Shown: one piece after another, positions 42,811-51,303 of the stretch | Layout: the number at the start of each line of letters is the position of its first letter | Numbering within the stretch: position 1 is the stretch's first letter | IMG/VR virus record: IMGVR_UViG_3300049919_000280 | Span: 19,682 to 83,681 of that record | Source: a virus | Lineage: Duplodnaviria; Heunggongvirae; Uroviricota; Caudoviricetes | DNA length: 64,000 nucleotides | Direction: 5' to 3' (one strand) | Notes under the pieces: generated by a model | Seen by the model: only the letters and a program-made list of their open reading frames with translations | Told to the model about the DNA's origin: nothing | The model's database searches: none | Made by a program: the position numbers and the translations under genes

Positions 42811-45057
42811 TCAATTCAGCCTACCACTTAAGTACATTTGCAGTATCTGATCGCCTTCTGTTTGTCTTGGGCTAAATGTTCCTCCCTGCACACTGGTTTG
42901 CGCATTTATGACACTTGTACCACCGGTATTAGAAACGTTGACTTGGGTAGCAGTCGTTTTCTTAGCTGAGTCCAGTTCTGTCCTCGTGGCGTTTGTTGCT
43001 TCTAGATTTTTTGCCATCTTGCTTCGCTCTGTCGGAGATACCCCAGCAGTATTGTTTGCGGCTGCTAATTTAGCCATCCTATCTTTATCTGCTGGAGAAA
43101 CAGCGGCAGTTGCGTCCATCGATCCACCAGCGACTTCGCCTTTGTTCTTTTTGTTGTGGTAGTAAACCTCTGCTGTTTTTTCTCCAGCTGCTGCCCCACC
43201 AAAGCTACCTGCAACACCACCAATAAGACCACCTATAGCCATCCCCAGAGGCCCACCAAAGGCACCTAGCATGGCACCAGTGGCTGCACCTGCTGCTGCC
43301 CCAGCTAGACCACCACCAGTGCCTGCATGCGCGACGTTCTTCTGCTCTCTAGTCTTTGTTGTATCTGTTTCTGTGCTCATTATATCGATACCGGCACCAA
43401 TGACAGTGAGGGGGACTGCCACTCGTTTTAATACATTTCCGGCAAACTTAGCTGTGCTTTTCAATGCACTCTTTGAAGTGTCTTCTACCACATCCTTTGC
43501 TATATTTGCATCCTTCGCTGATATATCAACACCATCGACCTTTGGCACTTTACTAACTATCCCAACACCTTCCTTTGGAATAATTGTGGCTTTAGTCACT
43601 GGATCGATTGTTGGCACAGCAGCCTTCGCCGTGCTCTTTGGTGCGTTATCTACCAATTCCTTCGCAGTAGAAACGTCGCCAACCTTTGTTGCTTTATTAA
43701 CGACAGCATCTGCTTCCTTTGGAAATGCCGTTTGGGTTGCAATTGGTTCAACTTTTACGAAGCGACCTTTAGCGTCTCGAATCCGCTCTTGCTTTACTTG
43801 TGCTTCTGGAGCACCTGCAACGGGTACTGTACCCGTTGCAGGTATTACAGGCTTTTTGGTTACAGGATCGATTGTGGCAGCAGGAACCTTTGTTGCTTTA
43901 TTAACGACAGGATCGATTGTGGCAGCAGGAACCTTTGTTGCTTTATTAACGACAGGATCGATTGTGGCAGCAGGAACCTTTGTTGCTTTATTAACGACAG
44001 GATCTGCTTCCTTTGGAAATGCCGTTTGGGTTGCAATTGGTTCAACTTTTACGAAGCGACCTTTAGCGTCTCGAATCCGCTCTTGCTTTATTGGAGAATC
44101 CGTGGAACCAACAACTGGTGCTTTATTAACGACAGCATCCGTTGCAGGTATTACAGGCTTTTTGGTTACAGGATCGATTGTGGCAGCAGGAACCTTTGTT
44201 GCTTTATTAACGACAGGATCTGCTTCCTTTGGAAATGCCGTTTGGGTTGCAATTGGTTCAACTTTTACGAAGCGACCTTTAGCGTCTCGAATCCGCTCTT
44301 GCTTTATAGGTGTATCAACAGCTTTCTTTCCTGTAGCATCAGGAACTGGATCAACAGCTTTCTTTACCGTCTTATCAGCAACCTCACCTACCTTAGACGG
44401 AACCTTTTCCGCAACGGCACTACCTGCCTTAGCCAAATCTTTCTTTCTTCCGGTAACCATATCGAATATCTTCGATCCGATCCCCATGAGAGCCTTTCCG
44501 ATCAAACCAACAATGCCCATTATGGCAGCACCGAATGTTTTTAGAACTGTTATGACTCCCTTAATGGCTGCAGTGGTATGTGGCATAAGTGCTGCCAGCA
44601 TACCAAAAAAACCAGTCGATTTTGAGTCGTCATCGTCGCCTTCAGCTAGTGGAGTTTTTTCCGCATCGCCTTCATTGACCTTTTTAAGATTTAAGAGGTC
44701 TGGATCAGTATTCTCTTCGATTTTCTTCAACAATCCAATCATGGATTGGGTGTCTTTTTTCTCACCAAATATAAGCCTAGAAAATATGCCTTGGGGCTTT
44801 TTGTCATCACTAATAATTGACTCCGAGGGTAGTCTGGACACTCTCTTAACATCAACTGCCTCGGTCTCTTTTCCCTTTACGCCAACAGCAACGCCACCTT
44901 TAAGAAGCTTCTCCAACCAAGCAGAAGAGAAGCTCTTTTTCAGAGCATCCTTCTTTTCCTCCTGAAGCTGAACTTCGAGAAGTTGCCCAAGAAAGTCTTC
45001 TATCTTAACTAGAACATTTTCAATCTTTGATGGCAATACTACCGTGACATTAGGCAT
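42811..45057 (-). CDS. large repeat-containing protein (748 aa) with glycine-rich hydrophobic C-terminal segment; likely virion or injected protein
   Basis: Three copies of an approximately 28-aa unit IKQERIRDAKGRFVKVEPIATQTAFPKEAD and at least five copies of the 11-aa unit VNKATKVPAATIDPV, all in frame. Confidence 0.6.
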   Translation of the reverse strand: MPNVTVVLPSKIENVLVKIEDFLGQLLEVQLQEEKKDALKKSFSSAWLEKLLKGGVAVGVKGKETEAVDVKRVSRLPSESIISDDKKPQGIFSRLIFGEKKDTQSMIGLLKKIEENTDPDLLNLKKVNEGDAEKTPLAEGDDDDSKSTGFFGMLAALMPHTTAAIKGVITVLKTFGAAIMGIVGLIGKALMGIGSKIFDMVTGRKKDLAKAGSAVAEKVPSKVGEVADKTVKKAVDPVPDATGKKAVDTPIKQERIRDAKGRFVKVEPIATQTAFPKEADPVVNKATKVPAATIDPVTKKPVIPATDAVVNKAPVVGSTDSPIKQERIRDAKGRFVKVEPIATQTAFPKEADPVVNKATKVPAATIDPVVNKATKVPAATIDPVVNKATKVPAATIDPVTKKPVIPATGTVPVAGAPEAQVKQERIRDAKGRFVKVEPIATQTAFPKEADAVVNKATKVGDVSTAKELVDNAPKSTAKAAVPTIDPVTKATIIPKEGVGIVSKVPKVDGVDISAKDANIAKDVVEDTSKSALKSTAKFAGNVLKRVAVPLTVIGAGIDIMSTETDTTKTREQKNVAHAGTGGGLAGAAAGAATGAMLGAFGGPLGMAIGGLIGGVAGSFGGAAAGEKTAEVYYHNKKNKGEVAGGSMDATAAVSPADKDRMAKLAAANNTAGVSPTERSKMAKNLEATNATRTELDSAKKTTATQVNVSNTGGTSVINAQTSVQGGTFSPRQTEGDQILQMYLSGRLN

Positions 45058-45283
45058 TTTCTTGTCTTTCTTTTTCTAATTTGTCTTTTAAATACTGAAT
45101 CAACAACGAAACATAAATCTCCCTCTCCCAAGGTATCATATCTTCGAGTTCCCTTAGCGCATATTTGTGTTCTTGCATCAGGGTGAAGTTGACTCGATAA
45201 TAATCAATAAGGGTTTCCTGTGAGAGGATTAATCGAAAAAACTTTGCAGTCCTTCCAGCTGAATGACATTTTCTGAGCGACAC
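45050..45283 (-). CDS. hypothetical protein (77 aa, or 43 aa from an internal Met)
   Basis: Its 5' end overlaps the upstream gene by 55 nt. The shorter start at about 45181 is as likely. Confidence 0.35.
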   Translation of the reverse strand: MSLRKCHSAGRTAKFFRLILSQETLIDYYRVNFTLMQEHKYALRELEDMIPWEREIYVSLLIQYLKDKLEKERQENA

Positions 45284-45936
45284 TTGACACAGGTGTATGC
45301 ATCATTAAGCACAATCTTAGGTATATTTCCGAAGAATGCATCGATCATATCAAACTTTTCTCTTGGTAATTTTTCCAACCAGTCTATGATGTCTGACTGT
45401 TTCTGATCCTTACAATCAAAGGAACTCTCACCCTTTAATATTGAAACGATGCATTTCGACAATATCGACATAACTTGGTCATAATTCTTTGCCGCATTCA
45501 TCGCAAATCCCATTTCCAAGGTCGGCAACTTCACCGTAACCCATAGGTCGGAATCTAGTTGAATAACTGGATCGATTTTCATTGTTGGATATTTGATTTC
45601 AATCTTGTTTAGGTCTAATACCATAGGAGTTTTGTGTCCACAATTTGAGCACTCAACCTCGACATCCACCCCCTCACCCATGGACTTATTTCTTATCATA
45701 ATGAATAGGTATTCAATATCCACCTGACTTAGAGAACCAACTTCTAGTTTATTCATTGTGCAATCTGAAATAACGGTTTTTATCGCCGTTATCATACAGT
45801 CCTGAGAATCTTCCTGCATTGCAATAAGAAGATTCTTTTCTTCCCGAACCGTGAATGGGCGATACTCAACCTTCTGCTTTGTGCTAGGGAGAGTTGCGGT
45901 GTATTTTGGTAGTGATACTAATGGTAATCCTGACAT
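45229..45936 (-). CDS. hypothetical structural/assembly protein with zinc ribbon (235 aa)
   Basis: CSNCGH ... CVKC. Confidence 0.55.
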   Translation of the reverse strand: MSGLPLVSLPKYTATLPSTKQKVEYRPFTVREEKNLLIAMQEDSQDCMITAIKTVISDCTMNKLEVGSLSQVDIEYLFIMIRNKSMGEGVDVEVECSNCGHKTPMVLDLNKIEIKYPTMKIDPVIQLDSDLWVTVKLPTLEMGFAMNAAKNYDQVMSILSKCIVSILKGESSFDCKDQKQSDIIDWLEKLPREKFDMIDAFFGNIPKIVLNDAYTCVKCRSENVIQLEGLQSFFD

Positions 45937-45954
45937 AATTGTTCCTCAATATAA

Positions 45955-46737
45955 TTAAATTTGATTTCGGATGCTTCCAACAATTCCACCTGCAGCACTC
46001 GCACCATTTATGATGAGATTTTGTGCCTGTGGGATGAGATTCTTTAGACGCCCTATTAGGGTGTCCGACTTCTTGACAAAATTTGGGCCGGGTTCTGGTG
46101 CAGTGCCAGCCTGTGGATATGATGAGTAAAGAAATTCAAACGCAAACTCTACCGTTACGGTTTGTAAAAGCTGAGAATCATTACTAAGAGTCACCTGCCC
46201 TATATTTACTGGGTAGACATTTATGAATTTATGTCTAGCGACAACCATCTCTTCAAAAATTGCCTCAACAGGAGGCTTTTGCGTAAATGCGTTAATGATG
46301 GCTTGAGTAAAAGGTATCTCCTCAGTCAAGTCCGCAAGGTTTGTGAGTCTCGGTGCAAGCTCAGAAATTGTTAAGTCCATGACGTAGTCGTCATAGTAAT
46401 TAAGAATATTGCTATTGCAATCAACAACGGTTTGCATCCAACCCTCAAGAACTCCCTTAATGACATGTCTAGTGTCTATCAAGAAGGTTATGCTGAACCT
46501 ATCACCAAACTTAAAGTCAGTTGGAATGAAGTGTGGTTTGGACCCATATCTAATGGGCATAACATCGACATTTCTGTTGGGTAAAGTTAGTGCATTGGCA
46601 TAAAAAGCCATTAACCTAAGAGTTTCAGAATCATTTCCCTTACCTCTTATGTCTGGGAAGTCAATTCGATACCTATTTGTCTTAGCTACTCCATAACTAC
46701 CTACGGTGGCTATAAATTCAGTTATTTTTCCTGGCAT
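45955..46737 (-). CDS. hypothetical structural protein (260 aa); C-terminus loosely resembles tail-tube-associated gp54/gp48
   Basis: Loose resemblance in TVEFAFEFLY ... GASAAGGIVGS to the gp54 C-terminal region. Weak. Confidence 0.45.
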   Translation of the reverse strand: MPGKITEFIATVGSYGVAKTNRYRIDFPDIRGKGNDSETLRLMAFYANALTLPNRNVDVMPIRYGSKPHFIPTDFKFGDRFSITFLIDTRHVIKGVLEGWMQTVVDCNSNILNYYDDYVMDLTISELAPRLTNLADLTEEIPFTQAIINAFTQKPPVEAIFEEMVVARHKFINVYPVNIGQVTLSNDSQLLQTVTVEFAFEFLYSSYPQAGTAPEPGPNFVKKSDTLIGRLKNLIPQAQNLIINGASAAGGIVGSIRNQI

Positions 46738-46746
46738 AGTATTCCT

Positions 46747-47502
46747 TTAGAGTTGTCCAGACCAAACGTTAGAGGCAGATTGCTTTTTAAAGTTTTCGCA
46801 TGGTAGTAAACATGCCATAGCCCAATTTTCAGGCTCAATCTTCAAGAAGTTGCTCTTGACGTGTGGAAGATGGTACATATGAACACATGGTGCGACCATG
46901 TTCATCTGGGCGGCACCCTTAAGAAGCTGCCATGATAACTGCATCTTTGTGTTTGGTGTGAGCCTATCATTTGATGCGAACTGCATCAGCTTTGTGAGAA
47001 GCTTCAGCCGAAGTTGTGGGTGTAGGTAATGAATGTTAAGACCTGTCATATACTCCCCCTTCTTTCCGGGGAATCTAGTAAAACTAAACGGCAACACCAA
47101 AGGAAAGGTGTCATAAACTGGTAGGGTTTCTTTGTGGATTGGCGAATATGTAAACATAAACATCGAACCGATCTCTGGCTTAGATGTCTGCAGCTTCAAT
47201 CCATCACCTAGTAGTCGCATAGGGCCGACACCACGTTGGCTATTGAACTCCCTGACGTTCTTCATGAACCAAGCCACGGAATTCTTAATACTATACTGCC
47301 CTCCTACGTTGTTTCGAATCTCATCGTAAATGGATTGGTTTGATAACCGTTTCTTGTTTGGTTCTAGTCCCGGTGCCAGTTTGCTTTGTGGAATGTATGG
47401 TGCAGGGGCGTTCGACGCCCGATTTGGATTCGGGCGCAAGCCATTTGCAAGCTGATCCTGCGGGATCGCTGGCGCTGTTGGTTGTCTTGCTGGAACGCTC
47501 AT
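46747..47502 (-). CDS. hypothetical structural/assembly protein (251 aa), Pro-rich N-terminus
   Basis: ORF. Confidence 0.5.
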   Translation of the reverse strand: MSVPARQPTAPAIPQDQLANGLRPNPNRASNAPAPYIPQSKLAPGLEPNKKRLSNQSIYDEIRNNVGGQYSIKNSVAWFMKNVREFNSQRGVGPMRLLGDGLKLQTSKPEIGSMFMFTYSPIHKETLPVYDTFPLVLPFSFTRFPGKKGEYMTGLNIHYLHPQLRLKLLTKLMQFASNDRLTPNTKMQLSWQLLKGAAQMNMVAPCVHMYHLPHVKSNFLKIEPENWAMACLLPCENFKKQSASNVWSGQL

Positions 47503-47960
47503 AAACCCAAATCCCTCTCGGTAATTATTTTGAATACAAATCCATTATCTAATGCCCATTCTCTCGCTGCCTTCCATTTCGCATCATTGGTTGCATACGT
47601 CATCACTTCATTTATATATTGCTTCGTTTGCTTCCGTTTCTTTGGTGGAAGAGTCTGGGCGTAAGGCTTGACTTCGATAATTTCCCTCTTAATTTCACCA
47701 TCTGCGTTTTTATACATGACGGTAAAGTCGAGGTAATATGTGTGAATTTTTTTGTCGACAGGCGAATAATACCTCACTGTTGTTTCCTCGCTACCCCATT
47801 TAATAACGTCTTTGTTCGAATCAAAAAACAACATTAACTTCTTTTCCCACGAGGAACGGAAAATAATTTTCGATACATCGCCCACATATTTTTGTGGGTT
47901 TCTTGGTACAAAGGTTCCTTGGGAATATGCTCGCATCTTGGGATAAATACTAGAATTCAA
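47499..47960 (-). CDS. hypothetical protein (153 aa); size and position of a T4 gp4-like head completion protein
   Basis: The track start is TTG. The first ATG gives 145 aa (start about 47936). Confidence 0.45.
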   Translation of the reverse strand: MNSSIYPKMRAYSQGTFVPRNPQKYVGDVSKIIFRSSWEKKLMLFFDSNKDVIKWGSEETTVRYYSPVDKKIHTYYLDFTVMYKNADGEIKREIIEVKPYAQTLPPKKRKQTKQYINEVMTYATNDAKWKAAREWALDNGFVFKIITERDLGL

Positions 47961-47984
47961 TCATGTATTTATCTCGGGCATAAA

Positions 47985-49181
47985 ATGGCAAAATACAACA
48001 GAGCAACCCTAAGTAAACACCAAACCATTGGGGAAGAGGGCGCGAAAAAATATTATGAGGTCACATCATTCCCAGCAGACGTTGGTATAACATACAAAGG
48101 TGGGACTGCGGAAGAGAATTTCGACTACACTCGATCCCCATTCTGCATGGCGTTTTTCATGAATGTTACATATAGGGCGCTTGACGAAGCGGTTGCACCA
48201 AAGAATAGGACTTTATACGACATAGACTTGCGTAGAGGTGGCAACAGCGCACTTAACCTTAGTAGGTCAGGGGGCACAGTCATCGGAACTGTTGTTGGTG
48301 CTGCTGGTGGTGCGGCACTAGCGAAAAAATTTGGTACTAATGTTGCTGTTGGGGCAGTAGCTGGCGCTGCTGCAGGTGGTATTGCAGGTGGTGCTGCCGA
48401 TGCATTAGGAGTATCCAAGGGACTTTCAGATATCGTCTTCGCCACAAGAAAAAGACTAGCAGAAACAATCATCCTACCTATGCCAATGGGTCTAGAATTC
48501 GCAGATAACACATCCTACGGTGAAGCAGGGATTGGTGGTTCTCTTGGCACTCTACTCAACGCAGGAGCCAACGTGGCATCAATGAGGGATGCTGCTGGTG
48601 CCGGTGGAGGTGCTGGTATGCAACTACTGCTCGATTCCATGAAATACGATCTTAATGAAGCTCTCGCAGGTAAGGGAAGAAGCAGGGGTATCGGAGAAAA
48701 GTTCGGCATAACCAACATGGATGGGGTGATCGACAAGGCAGTTGGTGCAGTCAACAACCCAAGACTTGAGCAAGTATTTAAGGGAAAAGAGTTTAGAAAG
48801 TTCTCTTTCGTTTGGCAATTAGCCCCAAGAAACGAACAAGAAAGTGAATCGATCAGAACAATAATTAAGAAATTCAGAATGCATATGACACCAGAGGTCA
48901 CCGATCATCTTGGTGGTGCGTTCTTGGTTATGCCAGACGAATTTGATATCGTATTTTACAAGATAGATGGCGACCCAGAGACCAATTCTGGTGCAAAATT
49001 TACAGAAAACACCAACATACCAAAGATCGCAACCTGTGTGATGACAGACTTTAACGTAGATTACCAACCAAATAACCATTGGAGTTCATTTGCAGATGGT
49101 TCGGTTGGTCATTATGTAATTAAGATTGCCTTCAAGGAAGTTGAGCCGATCTATCGCAAGCAAATCGAGGATGGGTTCTAA
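47985..49181 (+). CDS. baseplate/tail-tube-associated structural protein (398 aa) with Gly/Ala-rich central region
   Basis: First ATG with the RBS gggcataaaATG. Divergent from the - strand block. Confidence 0.5.
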   Translation: MAKYNRATLSKHQTIGEEGAKKYYEVTSFPADVGITYKGGTAEENFDYTRSPFCMAFFMNVTYRALDEAVAPKNRTLYDIDLRRGGNSALNLSRSGGTVIGTVVGAAGGAALAKKFGTNVAVGAVAGAAAGGIAGGAADALGVSKGLSDIVFATRKRLAETIILPMPMGLEFADNTSYGEAGIGGSLGTLLNAGANVASMRDAAGAGGGAGMQLLLDSMKYDLNEALAGKGRSRGIGEKFGITNMDGVIDKAVGAVNNPRLEQVFKGKEFRKFSFVWQLAPRNEQESESIRTIIKKFRMHMTPEVTDHLGGAFLVMPDEFDIVFYKIDGDPETNSGAKFTENTNIPKIATCVMTDFNVDYQPNNHWSSFADGSVGHYVIKIAFKEVEPIYRKQIEDGF

Positions 49182-49183
49182 AC

Positions 49184-50026
49184 ATGCCAAATTACTTTGC
49201 AAAAATGCCAGTCGTATTATACGACTTCACAATCCAATCAGATTCCACAGAAAAACACCTAACCTTAGCAGATGTAACATCTAGGGCAACACTAAAGCTT
49301 TCTTCTGAAACCGAAGATCAGGTTATGAATAATCATATGATAAAAGAATGGGAGACTCCGAGATCAATATCTGAATATTATTACGGAACAGGGGATTATT
49401 ATTGGCTAATAATGTACCTCAACAGTATTGTAGATATACAAAACGATTGGGTAAAGAGTGAATTTAATTTGGTTGAATTTTGCAAGAAAAAATATTCGGC
49501 TAGTGCAAAGGAATATCGCCCCGAAGAGGTTTTTTCTATGTATGTTGAGGATTTGGATACTGCATCATTCAACCTTACCGTATCAACTTCTGACCTTGAA
49601 AAAATTGGCGATATCATATTGGGTAGTTATATTGAATTGGAAAATTATCTTGCGCCAGACACTAAGGTCACTGGGATCAACGACAATATATTGACAATCG
49701 ATAAAAAACCATTGGTAATCACATCACCAGATTTAGCAGTTCCTGTTTTAATCATACCAGTCATCGAAGGACATCTTGGCTTACATCACTATGAGGATGA
49801 TGTAGGTAATGTTAGTGATATAACATATACCAACGGGACCATGTCTTCGGTTGGTATGAGCGATGAAAACGAACCAATTTATGAACTTTCAGTATACACA
49901 GCATCTGGAATATCCAACCTTGAATATGAGCAGAGAATTAATGAGTCGAAAAGAATTATTCGGGTTGTCAAGCCTGACTACATCGTTGATTTTATTCGTA
50001 AATTTGATGCGGCAAGCTTCAAATGA
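49184..50026 (+). CDS. hypothetical structural protein (280 aa)
   Basis: ORF in the late structural operon. Confidence 0.5.
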   Translation: MPNYFAKMPVVLYDFTIQSDSTEKHLTLADVTSRATLKLSSETEDQVMNNHMIKEWETPRSISEYYYGTGDYYWLIMYLNSIVDIQNDWVKSEFNLVEFCKKKYSASAKEYRPEEVFSMYVEDLDTASFNLTVSTSDLEKIGDIILGSYIELENYLAPDTKVTGINDNILTIDKKPLVITSPDLAVPVLIIPVIEGHLGLHHYEDDVGNVSDITYTNGTMSSVGMSDENEPIYELSVYTASGISNLEYEQRINESKRIIRVVKPDYIVDFIRKFDAASFK

Positions 50027-51303
50027 GCGTATCTAAACCCGGAGATATTGTAATCAAAGGTATTCTTATCTCCGGTAACGAGGAGGTGAGAATCGAATTT
50101 GGTGGGGTTTTTGTTGAGTTTGATATGTATGAAGATATATTGAAAAGCAGCATAACCGGACTCATCACCATTACAGATTCAGTTGATCTGATCGCCAAAA
50201 TGCCGATCATCGGGGAAGAGACCCTAGAAGTGGAGTTTAGCACCCCCAACACAGATTTCATTATAAAGAAAACATTCAGGGTTTACTCCATTGAAACAAA
50301 GGCAACTGATGGTAGCAAATCCGTTTATATAATGAATCTGATGACTAAGCCTGCATTTGATAGCATGAATACCAAGAGGTCTAGGGCATATTCCGGATTC
50401 ACGCATGATATCGTGAAATCCATTTTGGGCGAAACCGATTTGGCTGTTGATGCAGCAGCAATCGAAGATTCTGTAACAAAAATAAAATTTATTTCGAATT
50501 ATTGGACTCCGATGAAATGCATCAGTTATTGTGCATCAAGGTCCATGGACGTGAAGGCAATGTCTCCGAACTTTATATTTTATGAAGGAAATAAGGGATT
50601 TCAATTTGTGTCAGTAAATTCATTATTTGACCCAAAAATTGATAAGGATATGCTTGAATCCGCAAAACGAAACTATTCATGGGATGCATCAACCACCAGA
50701 ACCGATCTTGGTAATGGTCTTGGTAGCGTTTCCGATCAAGCAGCAAAGCTAACCCAAATACTAGACCTTAAGGTTGTTAGGCAATTCAATTACCTAAGAA
50801 ATCTTATGTTGGGTGCATACTCAAATCGAGTGGTAGAGCATGATATATTAAGAAAAACATTAAGGGACAACACATATAACTATTGGTACAACTTCGAAGA
50901 TAATAATCACCTCGGGACAAAACCGGTGCATTCTAAATATATTGATTTCAACGATGTTGATTCAGAGGTATCCAGCCGCACAATATTCACTCATGCTCAT
51001 AGTGGTATAACAGAAGATCGTTCTGCAAAAATTCAGGCTGCTAGGATTCCGCTATTAAGCCAGCTTGAATTTATCGCATTTGATATTACCGTTGTTGGTA
51101 GAACTGACGTTCAAGTAGGTGAATTAATTTGGATGAATATTAAATCCGCTGAGCCAATAATAGATGAAAGCGGGGCGGCACCAGACAAGGATTATACCGA
51201 TCAGCGGCTTAGTGGGAGATATCTCATTTCTGCAATTCAACATCGTATCGCATCAAATGAACACCAAATGATTATGCGTGTAACCAAGGACTCATTCAAT
51301 TGA
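50023..51303 (+). CDS. putative baseplate hub protein (gp27-like position, 426 aa)
   Basis: Directly precedes the gp5-like spike. No strong motif found. Confidence 0.4.
   Translation: MSVSKPGDIVIKGILISGNEEVRIEFGGVFVEFDMYEDILKSSITGLITITDSVDLIAKMPIIGEETLEVEFSTPNTDFIIKKTFRVYSIETKATDGSKSVYIMNLMTKPAFDSMNTKRSRAYSGFTHDIVKSILGETDLAVDAAAIEDSVTKIKFISNYWTPMKCISYCASRSMDVKAMSPNFIFYEGNKGFQFVSVNSLFDPKIDKDMLESAKRNYSWDASTTRTDLGNGLGSVSDQAAKLTQILDLKVVRQFNYLRNLMLGAYSNRVVEHDILRKTLRDNTYNYWYNFEDNNHLGTKPVHSKYIDFNDVDSEVSSRTIFTHAHSGITEDRSAKIQAARIPLLSQLEFIAFDITVVGRTDVQVGELIWMNIKSAEPIIDESGAAPDKDYTDQRLSGRYLISAIQHRIASNEHQMIMRVTKDSFN

Noticed and set aside
43860-44000. Tandem 33-bp repeats that could be mistaken for a mini CRISPR array
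   Set aside because: The repeats are contiguous without unique spacers and lie in frame inside a long CDS, so they are protein-coding tandem repeats.
43271-44965. Two long + strand ORFs (564 and 270 aa) antisense to the 748-aa repeat protein
   Set aside because: Open frames on both strands are expected over tandem repeats. The products are low-complexity (poly A/T/G/S or CRYYRLFGYRIDCGSRNLCCFINDRI repeats) and have no RBS.
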